Source: Armatimonadota bacterium
GTDB lineage: Bacteria; Vulcanimicrobiota; JACPDS01; JBDRKI01
Direction of reading: 5' to 3'
Assembly: GCA_043814095.1 (NCBI GenBank)
Contig: JBDRKI010000102.1
Location: 1 to 64,000, forward strand
DNA: 64,000 bases
A program made the position numbers and the translations under genes. Below, piece after piece: positions 51,659-60,718 of this stretch (its first letter is position 1; each line of letters begins with the position of its first letter). The notes beneath the pieces were generated by a model. The model did not search any database, was not told where the DNA came from, and worked only from the letters and a program-made list of their open reading frames with translations.

Positions 51659-52561
51659 TTACTTCCTCGGATGACTCTTCTTGTAAGTCTCTTCTATATG
51701 TTTTAATGAAATATTAGTATATATCTGTGTAGTAGACAGGTTCTCATGGCCTAAAAGCTCTTTTATGCTCATAAGATCAGCTCCGCCTTCAAGCATATGC
51801 GTGGCGAAACTATGCCTAAGCGTATGAGGGGAGGCATCTTTATTTATCCCTGCCGCCTTTTTATACTTATCGAAAATGTATTCTATCATCCTATCTGAGA
51901 TACGAACATTTTTTCTGCTGATGAATAGGGCAGGGGAACTGACTTTCGGCCTTATAGTCAAATAATCTTTTACCGCCTTTTTCGTGGACTCGTTTATAAG
52001 GACAAATCTTTCTTTATTTCCTTTTCCTCTTACTTTTATAAGCATATTCTCAAAATCTATGCTGTCGTGGTTTATGCTGACAAGCTCGCTTATTCTCAGG
52101 CCGGTAGCGTAGAAGAGCTCAAAAATAGCCTTGTCTCTGATAGAATAGGGATCCCGGGACTCTGCTATTGTCTCAAAGAATTTTTCCATCTCTTCCTTAG
52201 TGAGGACATTGGGCAGCTGCTTGCCCAGTTTGGCGCTCTTTATCTTGGTCATGGACGACTTTTTAACAATCCCTTCAGACTCTAAAAACGCAAAATATGC
52301 CTTTAATGTGGCGATTTTTCTATTTAGTCCCTTAGGTGAATACTTCTTATCAAGCTTAAGATAGGTCAAGAACTCCCTTACAGTCCTTTCATCTATATCA
52401 TCAAGAACCATTCCTTTTTTAATCTGGGGGAGGAAGAATGAGAAAAATATTTTTAAATCATGGGAATATTCTTCTATTGTTCTCGGCGCCAGATTTTCCT
52501 CAACGGCCAGATAATTAAGAAAGTCTTTTACCAGAAACTCGCGTTCGCGCTCCTTAAACAT
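51659..52561 (-). CDS. XerC/XerD-family tyrosine recombinase
   Basis: Core-binding N-domain; TGLRISE, GKGNKER, HTLRHSFATH, LLGH, TQIY. ATG 52561 preferred over GTG 52585. Confidence 0.93.
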   Translation of the reverse strand: MFKEREREFLVKDFLNYLAVEENLAPRTIEEYSHDLKIFFSFFLPQIKKGMVLDDIDERTVREFLTYLKLDKKYSPKGLNRKIATLKAYFAFLESEGIVKKSSMTKIKSAKLGKQLPNVLTKEEMEKFFETIAESRDPYSIRDKAIFELFYATGLRISELVSINHDSIDFENMLIKVRGKGNKERFVLINESTKKAVKDYLTIRPKVSSPALFISRKNVRISDRMIEYIFDKYKKAAGINKDASPHTLRHSFATHMLEGGADLMSIKELLGHENLSTTQIYTNISLKHIEETYKKSHPRK

Positions 52562-52562
52562 G

Positions 52563-52586
52563 TTTTCCACAGAACAATTATCCACA
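52563..52586 (+). promoter_or_regulatory. Two DnaA boxes
   Basis: TTTTCCACA (52563-52571) and TTATCCACA (52578-52586). Confidence 0.55.
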
Positions 52587-52661
52587 GATTTTCACCATCC
52601 TTGTTTTTTACTGTTCGATGCTTTAGGGGAGTATTTCTCTGTCCGGCTCCAATCTCCTCTT

Positions 52662-52689
52662 TATTCGTCAAAGATATGTTTGTCGAAAT
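52662..52689. other. Candidate dif site (11-6-11)
   Basis: tattcgtcaaa-gatatg-tttgtcgaaat; arms 8/11 complementary; about 100 bp upstream of the Xer gene. Confidence 0.55.
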
Positions 52690-52918
52690 TGGGGGAGGGG
52701 GATCTGCAGAATAAATAACGGCTTGGAATAATGCTTTTTTAGATAAGGGTCTATGGCCCGGGCTTATATGCCCTTATAATGATATAAATAAATATTTCTA
52801 CATATAATATTACATATAATATAATGATAATTAAGTATCTCTATTCGCCTATTCAAATCTTTAATTAAAATATTTCAGCCCCTTATCTTCCATCCTTAAA
52901 ATACCACTATACCCTCCA

Positions 52919-53530
52919 ATACATATATGTCTAAAGGCAAATTTTAAACCCCTTAAAACGCATTTAAATGCGCCGGATTTTTACGGTATTTTACCCCTGC
53001 CGGTTTTATATGATTTATTAACCCTGTTTCTGTTTTTTTTAATTATTTGATATGTTAACTTATTTTTTGAAAATTAATTTTAATTTGTATTAAATTTATT
53101 TTTATGGATATTTTTTAAAATATATTTTATTGAAGATATAAAAACATACGAATAAATTTTTATGAATATAAACCAGCAGAATGTAAAATAATAAAAATAT
53201 CAATAGGGGAATTTAAAAATTTTCAAACTCCCCTATCTGTTTTTGTGTTTTTTCGTAATGATCTATATTTTCAAATATGACATATCCGGCAAATGCTTGA
53301 TATATATAGCATTAATAGTGATTATCTCTCAGGTTTGATTTTTAATTAAGCGGTATACATATATGCCTAAATCCGGATTTCAACCCCATTAAAAGGCAAA
53401 TAAATGCGTCAGAATTTGGAGCTGATTTCATTTTTCGCCGGCTCGGTTTTTGTCTTAAACTTTTATACAGATAATGCAAAAATAATAATAGGGGAATTTA
53501 TTTTTTTTAAAAAAAACTCCCCTATCTGAA
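52919..53530. repeat. Two degenerate copies of a bipartite non-coding element
   Basis: 62-bp ungapped repeat at 52919-52980 and 53355-53416 (48/62 identical by my count); hairpin ataggggaattt...aaactcccctatctg at ~53203-53239 and ~53488-53528. Confidence 0.75.
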
Positions 53531-53563
53531 TTTGTGTATGTTTATGATTTATTTTTTTGTATT

Positions 53564-53848
53564 TTACATGTTCTTTATTTTTTTTATTAAATTTTCTCTG
53601 CTAATTTTAATTCCAATTAATTTGTTCTGAACGGTTTCGCCTTTTAAAATTATAAGATCGGATTTTCTTATGTCTAATTTTTTTGATAACAGATCTATAA
53701 CAGCCTTGTTTGCTTTTCCTTTTTCAGGCGCAGATGTAACTTTAATATAAAATTTGCTATCCCTTAAATCAATCTCGTTTTTCCTTGATTTAGGATTAAC
53801 CTTAACTTCACAAGTTACATATTCTTTATATATACCTGTTTTTATCAT
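53564..53848 (-). CDS. DUF167/YggU family protein
   Basis: VKVNPKSR...VTSAPEKGKANKAV...ILKGET. Confidence 0.9.
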   Translation of the reverse strand: MIKTGIYKEYVTCEVKVNPKSRKNEIDLRDSKFYIKVTSAPEKGKANKAVIDLLSKKLDIRKSDLIILKGETVQNKLIGIKISRENLIKKIKNM

Positions 53849-53923
53849 TATTTTATCCTTATATCTATATATTTCTTTCTAAGATTAAAAAATCCTTGTT
53901 TTATGCAATTTTTTACCCCTAAA

Positions 53924-53980
53924 ATGTTAACAATTTTGTAACATTTTGGCAATATTTTGGTAACATTACTGGATTATAAT
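53924..53980 (+). promoter_or_regulatory. Four 11-bp direct repeats followed by a -10 box
   Basis: atgttaacaat/tttgtaacatt/ttggcaatatt/ttggtaacatt, 7 bp, TATAAT at 53975. Confidence 0.75.
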
Positions 53981-54019
53981 ATAGATATAGAAAAAAAAAC
54001 AGATCCTGGGGGGTAAAAT

Positions 54020-54472
54020 ATGGGAAGTTTCAATATAATAAATAGTAATATCAGGACAGGTTATACAAGCGCAATGACAAAATTAAGCACCGAGAAAAAG
54101 AAACAAAAGGCGGAAGAAATTTTAAACAAGCTTTCTGATTTAATAAATAAAGGTGTAATAACTACCAAAAATTATGGTTCTCTTAACAGATGTTTAGAAG
54201 ATTATAACTGCAGGTTAAGATTTAAACATACCACAGATAACGATTTGCTTGTCGGTTACAGTTATAAGCTGAAGGACGGCGAAGGATATGTATATTATTC
54301 ATTCAGGAAAAAAAGTTATGAAGTTTGTTATATAAAACAGGATGGGTATTCTTTCCGCAGAGCCGAAGATTGTGAAAAAAGATCTCTTAATTCAAAAATA
54401 GTAGCTACACATTCAAAACTTGAAAAAGAAGGTGTAATGCAAAGGCTGGAACAAATGGCTAAAAAATATTAA
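54020..54472 (+). CDS. Hypothetical protein (orphan)
   Basis: 150-aa ORF with a GGGGGGT RBS and its own promoter; no recognisable motif. Confidence 0.75.
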   Translation: MGSFNIINSNIRTGYTSAMTKLSTEKKKQKAEEILNKLSDLINKGVITTKNYGSLNRCLEDYNCRLRFKHTTDNDLLVGYSYKLKDGEGYVYYSFRKKSYEVCYIKQDGYSFRRAEDCEKRSLNSKIVATHSKLEKEGVMQRLEQMAKKY

Positions 54473-55182
54473 TCAAATTTTTCCAGCGCCTGCTTTGCGG
54501 CAAGCTGCTCCGCTTCTTTTTTGGTACTTGATATGCCTTTTCCCAATTTTTTGTCCCTGTGGTAAACCGCTACTTCAAATGTTTTCTGATGAGCGGGTCC
54601 AGATTCTTTTAAAGTTCTGTATTCCGGAAGTTCTTTGTATTTATCCTGGATTTTTTCCTGCAGTATGCTCTTGTAATCAAAATCCTGTGTCATACTTTCT
54701 TTTATAATATTTTTATAGAAATAAATGACGAATTTATGTGTAATATCTAATCCGGCATCAAGGTATATGGCTCCTATTAAAGCTTCAAAGGCATCTGCAA
54801 GGATAGACTGCCGCTGCCTGCCTCCCCCTGCTTCCTCTCCCCTGCCTAGAAAAAGATAATTTCCCAGTTTTAATTTTTTCGCTATATCAAATAATATACT
54901 GCCGCTTACTATACGTGATTTGCATTTAGAAATATCTCCCACGACAAGTTTTGGGTATTTGTCGTAAAGGTAGCGGGTTATAACAAGGTTAAGGACAGAA
55001 TCACCTAGAAATTCAAGTTTTTCGTAACTTAAATTTTTATTTATCTTGTTTTCATAGCAGTAGGATTCGTGTGTAAGCGCCTGAACATATATATCTTTAT
55101 TGCCGGGCGTAAATCCGAATTTTTTGCTTAAATATTCCAGCAGCTTATCTTCGGATTTTCTTTTTAATTTATTTTTATTCAA
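54469..55182 (-). CDS. rnc: Ribonuclease III
   Basis: ALTHES, EKLEFLGDSVL, ADAFEALIGAIYLD, dsRBD. Confidence 0.97.
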   Translation of the reverse strand: MNKNKLKRKSEDKLLEYLSKKFGFTPGNKDIYVQALTHESYCYENKINKNLSYEKLEFLGDSVLNLVITRYLYDKYPKLVVGDISKCKSRIVSGSILFDIAKKLKLGNYLFLGRGEEAGGGRQRQSILADAFEALIGAIYLDAGLDITHKFVIYFYKNIIKESMTQDFDYKSILQEKIQDKYKELPEYRTLKESGPAHQKTFEVAVYHRDKKLGKGISSTKKEAEQLAAKQALEKFD

Positions 55183-55198
55183 AGCCTATCCTTATATC

Positions 55199-56446
55199 TT
55201 AATTCGTGTATTTTTTAAATATTAATACCGCGTTCTGTCCCCCGAACCCGAACGAGTTATTCATGGCGTATTCCATATCTCTTTCCACTGCTTTGTTAGG
55301 GGTGTAATTAAGATCGCATTCAGGATCGGGAGTATCCAGGTTTATTGTCGGCGGCACTATGCCGTTTTTAATGGCCATTGTACATACTATTGATTCCACG
55401 GCTCCTGCGGCTCCCAGGCAGTGTCCGTGCATTGATTTTGTTGAACTTACAGAGAGCTTGGGTGCGTGATCTTTAAATACCATTTTCAGCGCTTTTGTTT
55501 CCGCGGGATCGCCTACAGGCGTTGCCGTACCGTGTGCGTTTATGTAATCTATTTTATCCGGAGTTATGCCCGCGTTTTTAATGGCGGCATTCATAGCAAG
55601 AGATGCGCCCTTTCCCTCGGGATCAGGCATTGTTATATGATAAGCGTCTTCACTAGCACCGTATCCAACAATTTCTCCGTATATTGTTGCGCCTCTTTTT
55701 TTAGCGTGTTCCAGATCTTCAAGTATTAGTATGCCGGCGCCTTCGCTCATAACAAAGCCGTCCCTGTCTTTATCAAAAGGACGTGAAGCTTCTTGGGGAT
55801 TGTCGTTTTTTGTTGATAATGCTCTTAAAGCACAGAAACCCGCCACGCTCATAGGAGTTATAGCGGCTTCCGTGCCGCCGGCTATCATAACATCTGCTTC
55901 CCCCCTTTTTATAATATGACATGCTTCGCCTATTGAATGAGCGCCTGTCGCGCAGGCTGTCATGATAGATAAATTGGGACCTCTTATACCGAAAAATATG
56001 CCCAGCTGTCCGGAGGCCATATTAGATATCATCATTGGTATAAAGAATGGACTTACTTTGCTGGGTCCTCTTTCAAAGAGTACTCTAAACTGGTTCTCAA
56101 GTGTTTCCATACCGCCTATGCCTGAGCCGACAAGAGCGCCGATTCTGTCGGAGTTTTCTTCATTTATTTCAAGATTTGCGTCAGCAAGAGCTGTTTTTGT
56201 CGCGCCTATGGCATAGTGCAGGAACTTATCCAGTTTACGGATCTCTTTGGGTTGTATATAATCCTGAACATTAAAATCTTTTACCTGCCCCGCAAACTTT
56301 GTCGCAAAGTTAGTTGTATCAAAATATGTTATATCAGATATACCCGACCTTCCGTTAATTAAATTATCCCAGAAAGTATCAATTTTAGAGCCCAGTGATG
56401 AAACAATACCCATTCCTGTTATAACAACTCTTTTGTTGTTCTGCAT
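55199..56446 (-). CDS. fabF: 3-oxoacyl-ACP synthase II
   Basis: RVVITGMG, TACATG, INAHGT, KSMHGH, NSFGFGG. Confidence 0.97.
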   Translation of the reverse strand: MQNNKRVVITGMGIVSSLGSKIDTFWDNLINGRSGISDITYFDTTNFATKFAGQVKDFNVQDYIQPKEIRKLDKFLHYAIGATKTALADANLEINEENSDRIGALVGSGIGGMETLENQFRVLFERGPSKVSPFFIPMMISNMASGQLGIFFGIRGPNLSIMTACATGAHSIGEACHIIKRGEADVMIAGGTEAAITPMSVAGFCALRALSTKNDNPQEASRPFDKDRDGFVMSEGAGILILEDLEHAKKRGATIYGEIVGYGASEDAYHITMPDPEGKGASLAMNAAIKNAGITPDKIDYINAHGTATPVGDPAETKALKMVFKDHAPKLSVSSTKSMHGHCLGAAGAVESIVCTMAIKNGIVPPTINLDTPDPECDLNYTPNKAVERDMEYAMNNSFGFGGQNAVLIFKKYTN

Positions 56447-56574
56447 AATTCACCTCATTGTAATAAACTTCACTTTATCTGCTACAAATCATGTTAGAAG
56501 GATTAATTTTAAGTTTACTTAATTCTATAGGTATACTATACTTCCTTCTAAAGATATAATTTAGGCGGTGTTAC

Positions 56575-57552
56575 ATGAAAAAGTACTTAGTTTTAACTAT
56601 TTTTCTAGTATTTGCCCTTTCTGTTTTTGTTTACGCTAATAATAGCTTATCCGCGGAAGAATATCAAGTCATACCCAATAATAATGAGATCATCCATGAC
56701 TGTAATTCCACAGTATCTATATTGTTTAATAAATCTTTATTAAATAATATAGAAATTAATAATACTAAAATCTTTCTTAATAGTAAAGAGATATCAAAAA
56801 AATGCTTATATAACGGAAATTCTATAACTTATCTGCCTATTATTTCTCTTCCCGCCGGCATAAATCAGGCAGAGGCCTTTATTGTGTATAAAGACGGCGG
56901 AGAAAAATCGGTTAAATGGACATTTAATGTGATATCCAAGGATAATATAACTTCTGTAGAGCATGACGCAGTTGATACATTAATTATAAATGAGGATCTG
57001 AAAGTAACTATCAAAGGCATAGAAGGAGCCCGAGCAAGTTTTGACATAGGAGACAAAATAAAGAATATACCTTTAAAGGAAACATCTCCGGGTATCTATG
57101 AAGGTGTTTACAAAATTAAGCCTATTGATAATTTCGGTTCTGAAGACATAATAGGACACTTAAAATTCAATACAGAACTTGAATCTTCATGCAAAGCCGA
57201 GAAGCAGGCTGATATAAGGGGTGATTTGTTTCTAGTAAAAATTATTTCTCCGAAACCTGAAGACAGGGTCGGCAAATCATTTGAGATAATCGGCAGGACA
57301 AAACCTCATGCCCTTGTAATGATATCTTCTTTAATGTGGCTTAAAAATATACCTATTGTTAATGAATTAAAAGCAACCACAGGCGGATATGAAGCCAAAG
57401 CGGATGAAAACGGTATATTTAAAATGAAATACGGTATACCTTTTGAATTAAAAGATTCCACATATACATTAAAGTTTTTAGGGAAGGATGATAAAGGCAA
57501 TTATTCCATTCCTAATACCGTAACTGTAACTACCCGTGGAGGGAAAGACTAA
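56575..57552 (+). CDS. Secreted protein with Ig-like domains
   Basis: Signal peptide ending VYA; beta-rich body with ETSPGIYEGVY, IIGRTKP and ADENGIF motifs. Confidence 0.75.
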   Translation: MKKYLVLTIFLVFALSVFVYANNSLSAEEYQVIPNNNEIIHDCNSTVSILFNKSLLNNIEINNTKIFLNSKEISKKCLYNGNSITYLPIISLPAGINQAEAFIVYKDGGEKSVKWTFNVISKDNITSVEHDAVDTLIINEDLKVTIKGIEGARASFDIGDKIKNIPLKETSPGIYEGVYKIKPIDNFGSEDIIGHLKFNTELESSCKAEKQADIRGDLFLVKIISPKPEDRVGKSFEIIGRTKPHALVMISSLMWLKNIPIVNELKATTGGYEAKADENGIFKMKYGIPFELKDSTYTLKFLGKDDKGNYSIPNTVTVTTRGGKD

Positions 57553-57590
57553 TCTCCCCTATCAATTGTTTTTTTTTAAAAAAAATAAAT

Positions 57591-57636
57591 TTATTAACAA
57601 TTTGTTAATAATCTGTTAATATAATTATTATATAAT
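57591..57636 (+). promoter_or_regulatory. Three 11-bp repeats followed by a -10 box (third copy of the repeat promoter)
   Basis: ttattaacaat/ttgttaataat/ctgttaatata, 7 bp, TATAAT at 57631. Confidence 0.55.
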
Positions 57637-57666
57637 TAAACCAAGGAAAATTTTTATATTCTCTTA

Positions 57667-57935
57667 TCAGAATATTTTACCGTCTTTTGAAGCTATACAG
57701 GAGAACTCTTTACCTTTTTTGGAATACAGATTAATTATTTCATAGTTTGTATCTTTAGGAGTTATTATTTCCGCTTTATAAATGCCGTTATTAATTCTTC
57801 CCGAATTAATGGGGGATTAAGAAAATACTGGGTAACGCCTTTATCCAGAATCTGGCTCTTATAATCTCCTGTGTTATTTGACACCAGAATTGCTCCGGGT
57901 TTAATTGCGGCAGAATTTACTGGGAAGTTAAGCAT
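57667..57935 (-). pseudogene. Probable frameshifted small gene
   Basis: GGAG RBS, MLNFPVNSAAIKPG...; a second open frame continues past the C5 run (57811-57815) to TGA at 57667. Confidence 0.35.
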
Positions 57936-57965
57936 AATTTATTACTCCGTAAGTATTGGATTATA

Positions 57966-58433
57966 TTAATTTTCTTCTTCTTTAGGTTCTAAAAGCTTTA
58001 CTCCGTCCTGGATGGCTTTTAAAAATTCTTCGTGTTTTTCTGATTTTTCTTTATCGGATATTATGCAGTTCAGACATGTAATAAGTTCTTCTTTTTCTTC
58101 CGCGGTTACCTGTCTGTAGCTTTTCTGTTCATATGTACATACAGAAGCTGGGCCTGTTCTGTTAGCAGTCCCTGTATAAGCGTCTTTACTGAAATAAATG
58201 TCAGGGTTTTTGAATTTTTTGTCTTTTGTCTGTTTGACTATATAATTAAACTTGTCGGATCCCAAAGTAATAGTAAGCTTAACTTCTTTAGTTTTTACGG
58301 CGATATTCTTGGTTATTACTAAAGTGGCTTTTTTATCGCCTTCTAAATCGTAGTTAATCTGTTCTTTTTTCTCTACGCTGGGCCTGCTATAATATGTACT
58401 TGTTGCTCCCTGTGCAATAATAGTATTGTCCAT
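57966..58433 (-). CDS. Hypothetical protein (orphan)
   Basis: AAGGAGG RBS; promoter TTGACT(58494)-17-TAAAAT(58471); two upstream 11-bp gttaac repeats at 58513-58534. Confidence 0.78.
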   Translation of the reverse strand: MDNTIIAQGATSTYYSRPSVEKKEQINYDLEGDKKATLVITKNIAVKTKEVKLTITLGSDKFNYIVKQTKDKKFKNPDIYFSKDAYTGTANRTGPASVCTYEQKSYRQVTAEEKEELITCLNCIISDKEKSEKHEEFLKAIQDGVKLLEPKEEEN

Positions 58434-58586
58434 TTTTCCCCTCCTTAAAATGATAGCATAGGTAAATTTTATTAATTATTGGCAATAAAGTCAATGGAAT
58501 ACAGGCGTGAAAATGTTAACTTTTTGTTAACTTTTCACTCCATTAATAAATTATATTAATACTAATTATGTAAAATAAGGGATTTT

Positions 58587-59606
58587 TTACAATAATGATA
58601 TCTGGCTGTTCTGAGGTACTTCTAATCCCAAGTGTTCATAAGCGGATATCCCCGCGCATCTGCCTCTTGAAGTTTTGTTTATAAAGCCGAGCTGGATAAG
58701 ATACGGTTCGTAAACCTGTTCAATATTTTCAGACTCTTCATTTACGGCATGTGCTAAAGTTTCTATCCCCACAGGGCCGCCGTTAAATTTTTCTATAATA
58801 AAATGCATTATCTTTATATCCAGCTCATCCAACCCCTTAGAATCAATCCCTAATTTATAAAGGGAGTCGTTTGCTATGGTAGAATCAATAATACCTGTTT
58901 CCGCAACCTGAGCAAAATCCCTTACTCTTTTAAGAAGGCGGTTTGCGACCCTTGGCGTTCCCCTTGATCTATGGGCTATTATATAGCCGGCATCTTCTTC
59001 TACTTCAATATCCAGTATTCTGCTTGAACGCATAATAATGTCTTTCAGGTTCTCAGGGGAGTAAAAGTCAAGGTTGAAATTTATGCCAAAACGGTTGCGC
59101 AAGGGGGAAGTCAGCATGCCGGAGCGGGTCGTTGCGCCTATTAAAGTAAATTTAGGAAGCTTTATCTTAGCCGATTTTACGACAGAACTCTGTGATATAA
59201 CTCTGTCAAAGGTAAAATCTTCCATTGCCGAATAAAGTATCTCTTCTGTTGCACGGTTTAAACGGTGTATCTCATCTATGAATAAAACATCATTCTCTTT
59301 TAAGTTTTTTAAAAGCACAAGCAGGTCAATTGGTCTTTCAATCGCGGGACCGGATGTTGCTTTTATATCAACACCTATTTCATTGGCAATTATATTTGAC
59401 AGGGTGGTTTTTCCAAGGCCCGGAGGCCCGCATAATAATACATGATCAAGAGCTTCCTGCCTCATACCTGCGGCTTTTATGAATACCCTTAAATTTTCTT
59501 TGATATTTTCCTGGCCCACGTATTCATCTAATGTCTGAGGCCGCAAGGAGACTTCAAAATTTGCTTCTTCTTCCCCTCTCGCGGGGGATATGATGCGTTC
59601 TTCCAT
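58587..59606 (-). CDS. ruvB: Holliday junction helicase RuvB
   Basis: LRPQTLDEYVGQ, GPPGLGKTT, FIDEIHR, SRGTPR, YEPYL. Confidence 0.97.
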   Translation of the reverse strand: MEERIISPARGEEEANFEVSLRPQTLDEYVGQENIKENLRVFIKAAGMRQEALDHVLLCGPPGLGKTTLSNIIANEIGVDIKATSGPAIERPIDLLVLLKNLKENDVLFIDEIHRLNRATEEILYSAMEDFTFDRVISQSSVVKSAKIKLPKFTLIGATTRSGMLTSPLRNRFGINFNLDFYSPENLKDIIMRSSRILDIEVEEDAGYIIAHRSRGTPRVANRLLKRVRDFAQVAETGIIDSTIANDSLYKLGIDSKGLDELDIKIMHFIIEKFNGGPVGIETLAHAVNEESENIEQVYEPYLIQLGFINKTSRGRCAGISAYEHLGLEVPQNSQISLL

Positions 59607-59608
59607 AA

Positions 59609-60193
59609 TTATTTCCCCATAATTACCAGGCATTTTTCTATAAATTCATCAAAATGCGCTGTTTTTTCAAACTGGGAAGCGGCTTTATCTATAATATCTT
59701 CGGATTCTTTAGAAGAAAGCCCCAAACTCATTAAAACTTCCTTTGCTTCTTCGGTAAAACTTTCTTTTTCCGCTGGATAGTCTTTAGGGATTATCAATCC
59801 TACCTTTTCGGCCAGCTCTACCACAAGTCTCTGAGCCGTCTTTTTTCCCACGCCCGGCACTTTTGTTAAGGAAGCTACATCCTGTTTAAAAATAATTTTG
59901 GCAAGTTTTACTGCATCATAGTTATTTAAAATAGAGAGAGCTGCTTTAGGGCCTATGCCTGAGACGCTTATCATCATAAGAAATAGTTCTTTGTCTATGT
60001 TAGTCTCAAAACCGTAAATAGAGATATCATCTTCTTTTACGCATGTGTGAGCGGATAATTTAACCTCATCATCTAAGTTTAACTTGCCTATCGTTCTTAA
60101 AGGAACATTAACCCCGTACCCTACCCCGTTTACGTCTATAATAACGAGATTTTTACTTATACCGGATATTATTCCCTTTAATTGATGTATCAT
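59609..60193 (-). CDS. ruvA: Holliday junction binding protein RuvA
   Basis: DVNGVGY, VSGIGPK, VPGVGKKTAQR. Confidence 0.96.
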   Translation of the reverse strand: MIHQLKGIISGISKNLVIIDVNGVGYGVNVPLRTIGKLNLDDEVKLSAHTCVKEDDISIYGFETNIDKELFLMMISVSGIGPKAALSILNNYDAVKLAKIIFKQDVASLTKVPGVGKKTAQRLVVELAEKVGLIIPKDYPAEKESFTEEAKEVLMSLGLSSKESEDIIDKAASQFEKTAHFDEFIEKCLVIMGK

Positions 60194-60230
60194 AATTACC
60201 CTCCCCCGTATAATTATGTATGTATATAGA

Positions 60231-60710
60231 TTATATCATCATTTTTTCGCTTGCCAGATGGCATAAAGCTATCGCCACGGCGTCTGCCGCGTCATCAGGA
60301 GTCGGCGGCTTCTCTAAATTAAACTGAAGCTGAACCATCTGCTTCATTTGGTTTTTATCGGCTCTTCCGTAGCCCACAAGCGTGTTTTTCACCTGCAGGG
60401 GGGTATACTCAAAAAGTTTTACGTTTTTTACGGCGCAGGCAAGAAAAATAATTCCTCTTACTTCTCCTATGCTCAAGGCTGTTTTGGTGTTTTTATTAAA
60501 AAACAGCAGTTCTACCGCCAGAATATCAGGATTATATTCATCAATTAGAAGAGTCAATGCTTCATAAATCTGTTTTAGTCTATATTTCTTCTCGGTATCA
60601 GACGATGTTTTTATACACCCGTATTTAATTAAATCAACAACGTCACCCGATGTGTGTATTATTCCGTATCCTGTTGTCGCTGTCCCGGGATCTATGCCCA
60701 GTATTATCAT
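60231..60710 (-). CDS. ruvC: Holliday junction resolvase RuvC
   Basis: ILGIDPG, EYTPLQVK, GRADK, DDAADA. Confidence 0.96.
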   Translation of the reverse strand: MIILGIDPGTATTGYGIIHTSGDVVDLIKYGCIKTSSDTEKKYRLKQIYEALTLLIDEYNPDILAVELLFFNKNTKTALSIGEVRGIIFLACAVKNVKLFEYTPLQVKNTLVGYGRADKNQMKQMVQLQFNLEKPPTPDDAADAVAIALCHLASEKMMI

Positions 60711-60718
60711 ATTTTCTC

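Noticed and set aside
52561-52576. parS-like tgttttccacagaaca
   Set aside because: Only the outer TGTT/AACA match; the CACGTG core is absent.
51659-53540. Integron (tyrosine recombinase plus palindromic repeats)
   Set aside because: The recombinase is Xer-sized with no evident IntI-specific insertion, the hairpins lack RYYYAAC/GTTRRRY ends, and no cassette ORFs lie between them.
52919-53540. CRISPR array
   Set aside because: Only two degenerate copies with long unequal spacers, and no cas genes.
52563-53560. oriC
   Set aside because: Only two clear DnaA boxes, no dnaA/dnaN/gyr/gid neighbours, and flanking genes converge rather than diverge. Not excluded without skew data.
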